From: Planctomycetota bacterium
Lineage (GTDB): Bacteria; Planctomycetota; Phycisphaerae; Phycisphaerales; SM1A02
Length of the DNA: 64,000 nt
NCBI GenBank assembly: GCA_046048055.1
Contig: JBJOGW010000091.1
Coordinates: 1,227 to 65,226, forward strand
Direction: 5' to 3'
In this document: positions 14,685 to 22,294 of the stretch, piece by piece
Position numbering within the stretch: position 1 is the first letter of the stretch
How the letters are laid out: every line of letters begins with the position of its first letter
Made by a program: the position numbers and the translations under genes
The notes under the pieces: generated by a model
The model's database searches: none
What the model was told of the DNA's origin: nothing
Seen by the model: only the letters and a program-made list of their open reading frames with translations

Positions 14685-15344
14685 ATGCCCCACGTGAGTG
14701 TCGATCCCGCCACGCTGCCACCCGATCGCCGCTACGCGCTCATGATCGGTTCCATCGTTCCGCGACCCATCGCGGTGGTGGGCACCTGTCTGCCCGATGG
14801 CTCGGAGCCCAACCTGGCGCCCTTCTCCTTCTACGCGGGCGTGGGAAGCGATCCCATGTGCCTGCTGTTCTGTCCAGCCAACCGGTCAGATGGATCCGAG
14901 AAGGACTCGCTGCGTCACGCCAAGCCGGTGGCCGAGGGCGGCTGCGGCGAGTTCACGGTGAGCGTGGCCACCGAGTCCATCATCCGGCAGGTGGTGGCGT
15001 GCGCCGAGGAACTGCCTCCCGCCTGCAGCGAGTTCGAGCTTTCGGGCCTCACGCCCGCACCATCGCACCGGGTCAGGCCGCCCCGGGTCCATGAGAGCCC
15101 GATCACCTTCGAGTGCCGGACGCTGCGCGTGATTCGCACCAATCCGGGGCGACCCAGCGGCGGCAACATCGTGCTTGGGGAGGTGGTCTGGATCCACGCC
15201 GACCCATCGGTGGTGGATGATCGCTTCCGCGTGCAGCCCGACGCCGTGCGAGCGGTGGGCCGGATGGGTGGGCTGGACTATGTCCGTACGGCGGATCGCC
15301 TCGAACTGCCGTGGGGCGCCGCGGCGTTGCGCGGCGGAACATGA
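14685..15344 (+). CDS. Flavin reductase-like (FMN-binding split-barrel) domain protein
   Basis: 219 aa from ATG 14685 (MPHVSVDPATLPPDRRYALMIGSIVPRPIAVVGT...NLAPFSFY...). The pattern is typical of the Flavin_Reduct family. Only the last 220 codons of track ORF 12954..15344 are credible. Confidence 0.75.
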   Translation: MPHVSVDPATLPPDRRYALMIGSIVPRPIAVVGTCLPDGSEPNLAPFSFYAGVGSDPMCLLFCPANRSDGSEKDSLRHAKPVAEGGCGEFTVSVATESIIRQVVACAEELPPACSEFELSGLTPAPSHRVRPPRVHESPITFECRTLRVIRTNPGRPSGGNIVLGEVVWIHADPSVVDDRFRVQPDAVRAVGRMGGLDYVRTADRLELPWGAAALRGGT

Positions 15345-15345
15345 C

Positions 15346-16479
15346 TCAGCCCATCCGACGGGCGAAATCCCGCATGAAGTCCGCCAGCGTCTGGGCACCG
15401 GCCAGCGGCATGGCGTTGTACATGCTGGCCCGGATGCCACCGGTACTGCGGTGGCCGGCCAGGCCATCCATGCCGTGCGCCGCCGCCTCGCGCACGAACG
15501 CGGCGTCCAGGTCCGGGCTGGGGCCTCGGAAGAGCACATTGATCGGGCTTTGGCACCAGCGCTCGGCGTGAGCCTTCCAGAAACCGCCGCTCTCGTCGAT
15601 CGCCTGCAGCACCAGTCCGCTGCGCTCGGCCGCAAGCCGCTGCATGACCTGCACGCCGCCCTGCCGCTCGATCCAGCGGCACACCAGCCCAACCACATGG
15701 ATGCCGAAGGTGTTCGGCGTGTTGGGCCGGCTCTCGCCTCGGGCATACTCGTCGTATCGGAGCAGGCTCGGCAGCATCCGGCATCCGCGGTCCAGCAGGT
15801 CGCGCCGGATCAGCACCATGGTCATGCCGCTCGGACCCAGGTTCTTCTGGGCCGCGGCGTAGACCAGGCCATGACCGGCCAGGTCCAGGGGCTCCGCCAG
15901 GATGTCGCTGCTGGCATCCCGTGCCAGCCATGCACCCTCCGCAGCCCGGGGTGTGACGCTCCACTTGGTGCCGTCCACCGTGTTGTTGCTGCACCAGTGG
16001 TGATAGGCGGCCCCCGGGCTCGGCGCCGCCTCGTCCGAATGCGGCGTTCGATCGAAGGCGAACGGCTTGCCATCGAAGGTCACGTGCACGCGACCCACCG
16101 CGCGGGCGTCCGCGATCGCCTTGGTGGCCCACAGGCCCGTGTCGGCGTAGTCGGCGTGGCCGCCCTCGGGCAGGAAGTTCAGCGGCAGCATGCCGAACTG
16201 CAGCGTGGCCCCACCGGGAATGAACAGCGCCTCCCAGTCGCTGCCCGCCCCTGCCACGCGCAGGAACGTCGCATGGCTCTCCGCCAGCAGCTGGTCGAAG
16301 ACTGGGCCGCGGTGGCTGTGCTCCAGAATGCCGATGCCGCTGCCGCGCAGGTCGACCAGGTCACGCTGCAGTTCCTCCAGCACCTCGAGCGGCAGGCATG
16401 CCGGGCCCGCACTGAAGTTGAAGACGCGTCCCGACGCGGCCGAACGCACCGCCTGCATGCCCACGACTGCGCCGGTCAT
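15346..16479 (-). CDS. serC: Phosphoserine aminotransferase
   Basis: 377 aa from ATG 16479 (MTGAVVGMQAVRSAASGRVFNFSAGPACLPLEVL...). It looks SerC-like throughout. The ATG overlaps the serA stop (TGATG). Confidence 0.92.
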   Translation of the reverse strand: MTGAVVGMQAVRSAASGRVFNFSAGPACLPLEVLEELQRDLVDLRGSGIGILEHSHRGPVFDQLLAESHATFLRVAGAGSDWEALFIPGGATLQFGMLPLNFLPEGGHADYADTGLWATKAIADARAVGRVHVTFDGKPFAFDRTPHSDEAAPSPGAAYHHWCSNNTVDGTKWSVTPRAAEGAWLARDASSDILAEPLDLAGHGLVYAAAQKNLGPSGMTMVLIRRDLLDRGCRMLPSLLRYDEYARGESRPNTPNTFGIHVVGLVCRWIERQGGVQVMQRLAAERSGLVLQAIDESGGFWKAHAERWCQSPINVLFRGPSPDLDAAFVREAAAHGMDGLAGHRSTGGIRASMYNAMPLAGAQTLADFMRDFARRMG

Positions 16480-17750
16480 CACGAACGCCTCGGAGGCACA
16501 TGGGAGATTCCGGCCCCGAGCACCGAGGGATTCTGCCGGATCGCCTGCAGGTGCACGTCGCTGGGCGACTGGTCCAGGTGCATGCGTGCCATGGCCGCCT
16601 CGGCGCCCTCGTAGATCACGTTCTCCATCTCCTCCACGTTGATGCCCGCCTGACCCAGCGTGTAGAAGATGTGGGCGAGCACGCCCGGCCGGTTCAGGTG
16701 CCGCACCCACAGCAGCACCCCCGAGGGCGTGGGCCGGGCCCGGTTCACGCAGTTGGGCGCCGTGCCCCGGTCCATCCACTCGCGGATCACCCGAACGCTC
16801 TCGGTGGCCACCGCGTGAGCGGCCTGTTCGGTGCTGGCGGCCACATGGAACGTGCCATACAGGCCCGGCAGCCGTGCCAGGGGACTCTCGAAGGCGGCGC
16901 GGTCCGACTCGGGTTCATGGACAAACACGTCGAGGCCCGCACGGATGCCCCGATCACGCACCGCCGCGGCCAGCGCGCTCTCGTCGATCACGCGGCCACT
17001 GGAGATGTTCACCAGGATCGAGCCTGACCGCAGGGCGTTCAGGAACTTCTCGCCGACCAGGCCATCGGTTTCCTCGTTCACCGCCACGCACACGCAGACC
17101 ACGTCCGCCAGCTTGGCCAGGTTCACGATGTTGGCGCAGTAGTGCACGCCGGCTGCGTCGGCCTTCTCCTCGGTCAGGTGCCGGCTCCACGCCACCACGC
17201 CCATGCCGAAGGCCTTGGCACGCCGGGCGATCTCCATCCCCACCTGCCCCAACCCCACGATCCCCATGGTGCGGCCGTGCAGGCCGGCGGACTTGAGAAA
17301 CTCGACGCGATCCCATCGGCCCTCACGCATCCGGATCACCTGATCGGGCACGCGACGGTCGCAGGCCAGCACCAGCGCCCACGCGAGTTCCGCCACCGCG
17401 TGGGCGTTGCGGCCCGGACAGTTGCTCACGAACACGCCTCGGCGGCTCGCCGCGGCCAGGTCGATCTCCTCCACACCCGCCCCGGCCTGCACCACCAGGG
17501 CCAACCTGCCGCTGGCCTCGATGGCGGCCGCAGTCACGGCCGTCTCACGCACCACCAGCACCTCGGGCTGCAGCGTGGCGAGACGCTGGGGCAGCTGAGC
17601 GGCGGTGAGTTCCGGCTCATGGATGGTGTCGCAACCGAGTTCCTTCAGGGCGGTCAGTCCAGCGGGCTCAAAGGCATCGGCCACCAGCACCCGCGTGACG
17701 CCGGTGCCCGAGCCGCGCGAGGCCTCCGGCTGCTGCGAAAGCGTGTTCAT
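16479..17750 (-). CDS. serA: D-3-phosphoglycerate dehydrogenase with a C-terminal ACT-like domain
   Basis: 423 aa from ATG 17750 (MNTLSQQPE...RVLVADAFEPAG). The NAD fold is GIVGLGQVGMEIARRAKAFGM. The ACT-like tail is VLLWVRHLNRPGVLAHIFYTLGQAGINVEEMEN. Confidence 0.9.
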   Translation of the reverse strand: MNTLSQQPEASRGSGTGVTRVLVADAFEPAGLTALKELGCDTIHEPELTAAQLPQRLATLQPEVLVVRETAVTAAAIEASGRLALVVQAGAGVEEIDLAAASRRGVFVSNCPGRNAHAVAELAWALVLACDRRVPDQVIRMREGRWDRVEFLKSAGLHGRTMGIVGLGQVGMEIARRAKAFGMGVVAWSRHLTEEKADAAGVHYCANIVNLAKLADVVCVCVAVNEETDGLVGEKFLNALRSGSILVNISSGRVIDESALAAAVRDRGIRAGLDVFVHEPESDRAAFESPLARLPGLYGTFHVAASTEQAAHAVATESVRVIREWMDRGTAPNCVNRARPTPSGVLLWVRHLNRPGVLAHIFYTLGQAGINVEEMENVIYEGAEAAMARMHLDQSPSDVHLQAIRQNPSVLGAGISHVPPRRS

Positions 17751-18817
17751 CACGCGATTGTAGTGCGATGCATCCAGAGTCCGGACCGGATGGCCGGCTC
17801 CATCCACACGCTTCGGGCCGGCAGTCGCAGGCCCGCCCGAAGGAGAGCCTGCAATTGGTCCATCCCGGGTTCCGGAAGCCGAATGGACCACCGGCCAGCC
17901 ACGCCCGCCTCGGCGGCCGAACCCAGCCGCCGCCGCGTGCTGGTGGATGGATCCAGGCCCACGGCCGCCCGCCACCAGACATCCAGCCGCGCATCCATGG
18001 TGACCGCCACCGGGTCGTCCTCGTTGCCGGGTGGGAGCGGAATGCGCCAGCGACCGCCATCGACGCCCGCCTGCACCACCACGGCGTCGATGTCCGGCTG
18101 GCTCGCGCCGTGCACGCGCTCACCATGCCGCTCGATGGCAGCCTGCAGCGCCGACTGCGCGTGCATCACGACCAACCGGGTCGCCCATCGTGGGCGCAGC
18201 TGCTCCAGCGGCACCAGCCATGCCAGAGCGTCACGGCCTGACTGCAGCAGTTCGCCACCCTCCATCACCCACGCATGCCGCACGGTCGCGAAGGCGTCCA
18301 CCATCTCCCGGGTGCGACGGCCCCGCCAGAGCGTGTGCGTGGCCTCATCATCGGCCACCACATGGAAGAGGGGCCGATCGTTCATCTCGCGCTCGAAGAG
18401 CTCGTGCATCGCCTCCGAGGACTCGAAGCCGATCACCATGGACTCCACGTTCGCGCCGATCCGTTCCGTCACGGATGCATGCATGGCCGTCAGCAGCGGG
18501 CAGGACTCGCAGAGCGGCGAGAGACCGGCATCCAGCGCCACGGTGGAGACGTGCGCCACAGCTCCAGCCACCCGTCGGTGCTGCCGCACGTGCCGATGCA
18601 TCAGGATCGCGGGCTCCGGATCCCCCATCAGCGAGCGCTCCCCGACCAGTCGATCCAGGGCCTCCGCCCCCTCATGAATGGATCGGATCAGCCCTGGAAT
18701 CTCTCCATCGCTCGGCAGGCCTGCTTCCAGGTCTCCGTGCCCGAGCCGGGCGCTTGAGAATCCCCGAACGCGCGCTGCCGAGGGACGAAGGACCGAGAAC
18801 GGACGGATCGGGACCAT
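17750..18817 (-). CDS. Conserved hypothetical protein, tentatively DUF1015-like
   Basis: 355 aa. The N-terminus MVPIRPFSVLRP resembles the DUF1015 family start as I recall it (M..IrPF.alRy). The stop overlaps the serA ATG (TGATG), so it is the first gene of the serA-serC operon. The family assignment is from memory and not verified. Confidence 0.5.
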   Translation of the reverse strand: MVPIRPFSVLRPSAARVRGFSSARLGHGDLEAGLPSDGEIPGLIRSIHEGAEALDRLVGERSLMGDPEPAILMHRHVRQHRRVAGAVAHVSTVALDAGLSPLCESCPLLTAMHASVTERIGANVESMVIGFESSEAMHELFEREMNDRPLFHVVADDEATHTLWRGRRTREMVDAFATVRHAWVMEGGELLQSGRDALAWLVPLEQLRPRWATRLVVMHAQSALQAAIERHGERVHGASQPDIDAVVVQAGVDGGRWRIPLPPGNEDDPVAVTMDARLDVWWRAAVGLDPSTSTRRRLGSAAEAGVAGRWSIRLPEPGMDQLQALLRAGLRLPARSVWMEPAIRSGLWMHRTTIA

Positions 18818-19004
18818 GGCCGGGTCGCAGTCTAGGCCCGCAATCTGGGCAATTCAGCCTGTTCCGTCTGTTCCGCCATGCGGATCGAATGGAGGGCGTG
18901 GGTGGACTCATCCACCTCCCGCATCGAGCCGACGAGCCTGGGGATCCGCGAAGTGTGGGTCCGCACACCAGTCTTCAAGATCCGCCACAGGCACGAGGTC
19001 GACC

Positions 19005-20099
19005 ATGCGTCCAGTCCAGACTCCCGCAAACGTTCATGCAAGCGATTGCCCATCATGCCACGGCGACACCTCGTCGCGAACCCGACGCTTTGACCAACTC
19101 GCGGCCCGTCTTCGCCGCGCGGGCCTGGTCTGGGCCCAGGCAGAGCCAGGCTTCGTTCACTGGAGCACGCAAGGCGACCCGCTGACCACGCTGGTGGCCG
19201 ACAGCCCCTGGATCCGCCGCCAGGTCGGGGATGTCCTGGCAGGCTGGAGCGATGGCGAGCACCGCCGACCCCGGGAGATCATCGCCGGCTGCTGGGCCTT
19301 GCCCGGCGGCATCTCGCGCCGCAGCGACGGTCGATCCCAGGGAGTGGCCGTGGCTCTGACGCAACGGATCACCGGACCACAGGGCAGCCTTCGCGCGCTC
19401 TGCCAGAGCGTGCACATGGATCACCAACTGACGGCCGACCTGCTGCTCCAGTCCAGGCTGGCCACCGGGCATGAGATCCCGCGTCTCGCCGCGATGGTGC
19501 GCCTGATCCGTCCGGCGCCGCTTCGACCGACCACCATGCCCGGCGTGGAGGCCCTGCTGCGGGCCATCGAAGCCACGCACCGAAGCGTGCGCGGCCATAG
19601 CGAGCGCACCGCGGAACTGGCCTTCCGCCTGGCTGCGGCCGCGGGCATGACGATCTCGGAAACCCGATCCGCACGCGTGGCCGGATTGCTGCACGACGTG
19701 GGCAAGTTGGGGGTACCTGAAGGGGTGCTCCGCAAGCCGGGAGCACTCAGCCCTGATGAACGGGCCATGGTCAACCTGCATCCGGAGATCGGCCAGCGAA
19801 TCGTTCAGGGCCTTGGGGGGCTCGACCATGCCGTGCCCTCCATCCTGTGGCATCACGAACGCTGGGATGGCCATGGCTACCCCCACCGACTCAGCGGCGA
19901 GCGCATTCCGCGCCTCGCGCGCCTCATGGCCATCGTGGACAGTTTCGACGCCATGCGGCAGGATCGTCCCTATCGGCGCGCGCTGTCCGTCGAGCGATCG
20001 CTGCGGGAGATTCGCGAAGGCGCGGGACGACAGTTCGACCCCGGCCTGGCCGACACCTTCGTTCGCATGGTGGACCGCGAGCCCGCCCTGGCTGCCTGA
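19005..20099 (+). CDS. HD-GYP domain protein (putative c-di-GMP phosphodiesterase) with an uncharacterised N-terminal region
   Basis: The C-terminal half has HSERTAELA, GLLHDVGKLGVP and HHERWDGHGYP. The start is uncertain. I chose ATG 19005 because the track start at 18678 overlaps the opposite-strand gene. Confidence 0.85.
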   Translation: MRPVQTPANVHASDCPSCHGDTSSRTRRFDQLAARLRRAGLVWAQAEPGFVHWSTQGDPLTTLVADSPWIRRQVGDVLAGWSDGEHRRPREIIAGCWALPGGISRRSDGRSQGVAVALTQRITGPQGSLRALCQSVHMDHQLTADLLLQSRLATGHEIPRLAAMVRLIRPAPLRPTTMPGVEALLRAIEATHRSVRGHSERTAELAFRLAAAAGMTISETRSARVAGLLHDVGKLGVPEGVLRKPGALSPDERAMVNLHPEIGQRIVQGLGGLDHAVPSILWHHERWDGHGYPHRLSGERIPRLARLMAIVDSFDAMRQDRPYRRALSVERSLREIREGAGRQFDPGLADTFVRMVDREPALAA

Positions 20100-20138
20100 C
20101 CCCTTGCGGCCGCGCCGGACTGGCGCCAAAATGCCCGC

Positions 20139-20378
20139 ATGCCGCAGGTGGTCATGGAACATGCCGTCTTGGACCCGTGCTGCCTGCAAAGCGCTTGGCA
20201 ACTGCCCTGCTTCGACCGCCTGGTCCTGCAGCTGCGATGGGCCGACCACCTCACGCGACCCGAGACGGCTGCCGTGCTGGCCTGCGACGCCGCTCGCGTG
20301 CTGGCCGCGGAACTCCGCCTGAAGACGTGGCTGCGACAGGCTGCCCGGATCAGCCGAAGTTCACCAGCAGCACGCTGA
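20139..20378 (+). CDS. Small ORF resembling a stand-alone sigma-70 region 4 HTH (possible gene remnant)
   Basis: 79 aa. LPCFDRLVLQLRWADHLTRPETAAVLACDAARVLAAELRLKTWLRQ resembles ECF sigma region 4.2. No region 2 lies upstream. The last 29 nt overlap the convergent gene. Confidence 0.3.
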   Translation: MPQVVMEHAVLDPCCLQSAWQLPCFDRLVLQLRWADHLTRPETAAVLACDAARVLAAELRLKTWLRQAARISRSSPAAR

Positions 20379-21372
20379 TGTCACCGGCATCCACCATGCC
20401 ATTGCCATCCAGGTCGCCGGGACAGTCGGAACAGCCGAACTGCACCAGCAGCACGCTGATGTCACCGGCATCCACGGCGCCGTTGCAGTCCAGATCGGCG
20501 AATCGACACGCGGGCTCACGCTCCAGACGCAGCCGCAGCGACGCCGCCTGCGAGAGGCCCAACTGCACGAACGCGTTCTCGCGGGCGTAGAACACGGGAA
20601 AATCGCCTGCCTGCTGCTGCACGCTGGTCAGGCTGCTCACGCTCAGGAACACGCGTCCCTGACTCAGGCCCTGTCGCAGCCACGCCTGCACGCCTGGCAG
20701 CGCAAGGTCCATGCGGAATCGCATGAGGCTCTCACCAGGCACCCTTTCGCCCGCCGACAGGCCGTCGATCCGGCCCACCGCCAGGAACGAGGGCTGCCAA
20801 CCCTCGCGTGGATGGTTGGAGGCATCCACCGGCACGCCCTGCGGATCCAGCACCGCGGCGAACGCGTTGCGCACCGATGGGCTCAGGAAGCTGTCGCCAG
20901 GCTCCGCGAACGGCGATGTCTCCTGGAACGTTCCGGCTGTCCATCCGTTCCGGAACCCCACGGCACCCAGTTCCACCGGCTGGCCCGCGTCGGCGTCCAC
21001 GGTTCGCCGCGGATCACTCGTCGGCAGGAAGTCCGTCCAGGGATCGGCCGTGGGGTCGTACCGGAACACCAGGTCGTTCTGCACCTGCAGGGTGACCTCG
21101 GCTTCGGCCACGCGCCAGCCGTCCAGGCCGGATCCCGTGGGCACCTGGTCCGCGGTGTCGAAGGCGAGCAGGATCTGCCCATCACGGGCATCGAAGAGCG
21201 CCGGGTTCTGGACGTCGCTGCCGAACACGCTCAACGCCGTGCGCGTGCCTGGCGTGCCGTTGAAGGGATACATCCAGCGATCGATCGCGGGGCTCTCCCA
21301 GAGCGCGTCGATGGACTGCCCGAAGGCCGCGGCGCACGTCAGGAGCACGATGCAGGGTGCAGGCGATCGCAT
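20350..21372 (-). CDS. Secreted hypothetical protein with two C-terminal dockerin/EF-hand-like repeats
   Basis: 340 aa from ATG 21372, with signal peptide MRSPAPCIVLLTCAAAFGQS. The C-terminus is DLDCNGAVDAGDISVLLVQFG ... GDLDGNGMVDAGDISVLLVNFG. Confidence 0.75.
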   Translation of the reverse strand: MRSPAPCIVLLTCAAAFGQSIDALWESPAIDRWMYPFNGTPGTRTALSVFGSDVQNPALFDARDGQILLAFDTADQVPTGSGLDGWRVAEAEVTLQVQNDLVFRYDPTADPWTDFLPTSDPRRTVDADAGQPVELGAVGFRNGWTAGTFQETSPFAEPGDSFLSPSVRNAFAAVLDPQGVPVDASNHPREGWQPSFLAVGRIDGLSAGERVPGESLMRFRMDLALPGVQAWLRQGLSQGRVFLSVSSLTSVQQQAGDFPVFYARENAFVQLGLSQAASLRLRLEREPACRFADLDCNGAVDAGDISVLLVQFGCSDCPGDLDGNGMVDAGDISVLLVNFG

Positions 21373-22294
21373 GGCGAAGGACAACCACCCTATACTCGCG
21401 GACTTGGCGATTCCAGCACCAAATCCCCGCATTTCCGCCCGAACGGCCTTCACGGTGGTGGAACTGCTGGTGGTGGTGGCCGTGGTGGCCCTGCTCACGG
21501 CGTTGCTGCTCCCAGCCCTTTCGGGCGTGCGCCAGCGGGCGGCCACCGTGCGCGAACTGGCCTCGCTGCGTGGCGTGATCACCGCGTGGAACCAGTACGC
21601 CACCGATCAGAAGGGGTGGCTCATCCCCGCCTTCTACGGCATGCCGCCGCTCTCGCCCCTGCCTGCGTGGTACCAGGATGGCGAGCCCATTCCGCCCGAG
21701 GTGTTCGGCAATCAGCGGTCCGTGGTGGCCCGGTGGCCGCATCGCCTCAGCCGCTACCTCGATCACAGGTCCGATCTGCTCGCGGTCACCAGCGAGACGT
21801 GGCAGGTGCGGGAGTGCGCCGGAGGCGATCTCATGAAGGCGCTCTACTTCGAGAGCCTGTACCCGGCCTTCGGCCTGAATGGCATGTGGGTCGGAGGCGA
21901 CCAGGAGCGCTACGGATTCATGCCGGGTCAGGTGGGCGGCCGCCCCAATCCATTCTCCAACTTCTACGTGAGCCGACTCTCGGGCATCCGTCACCCCGAC
22001 CAGCTCACCGTGTTCGCCAGCAGCCGCACCAACCAGAACGCGTGCGCCACCGGCGGCGTGCGCGAGGGCTACTTCCGACTGGAGAGCCCGCAGTGGTTGG
22101 GACCGCAGTGGGCCGCCTCCTACGACCCTGAACTGGCCACCAGCAGCGGCAACGTGAGCGCCCGCTGGGATGGCCGGGCCAGCGTGGCCACGGCGGACGC
22201 CGCTGTGGAACTGGTTCCGCTGGACGAACTGCGCGACATGCGCCGTTGGGCTGACCAGGCGACAGCCGCCGACTGGCGATTCACCCCCCGCTAG
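21371..22294 (+). CDS. Prepilin-type N-terminal domain protein, DUF1559-like pseudopilin
   Basis: The segment TAFTVVELLVVVAVVALLTALLLPALSGVRQRA matches the type IV pilin/T2SS pseudopilin cleavage-methylation region. The start is uncertain: ATG 21371 or in-frame TTG 21404. Confidence 0.7.
   Translation: MAKDNHPILADLAIPAPNPRISARTAFTVVELLVVVAVVALLTALLLPALSGVRQRAATVRELASLRGVITAWNQYATDQKGWLIPAFYGMPPLSPLPAWYQDGEPIPPEVFGNQRSVVARWPHRLSRYLDHRSDLLAVTSETWQVRECAGGDLMKALYFESLYPAFGLNGMWVGGDQERYGFMPGQVGGRPNPFSNFYVSRLSGIRHPDQLTVFASSRTNQNACATGGVREGYFRLESPQWLGPQWAASYDPELATSSGNVSARWDGRASVATADAAVELVPLDELRDMRRWADQATAADWRFTPR

Noticed and set aside
18678-19004. Longer N-terminus for the HD-GYP protein (track start 18678 or ATG 18816)
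   Set aside because: A start at 18678 would overlap the opposite-strand DUF1015-like gene. ATG 18816 shares a CCATGG with that gene's start codon. ATG 19005 is the first start clear of the divergent gene, though the choice remains uncertain.
20362-20475. Exact 33-nt direct repeat, considered as mobile element ends or att sites
   Set aside because: Both copies lie in frame within one gene and encode the two dockerin-like repeats. No recombinase gene is nearby.
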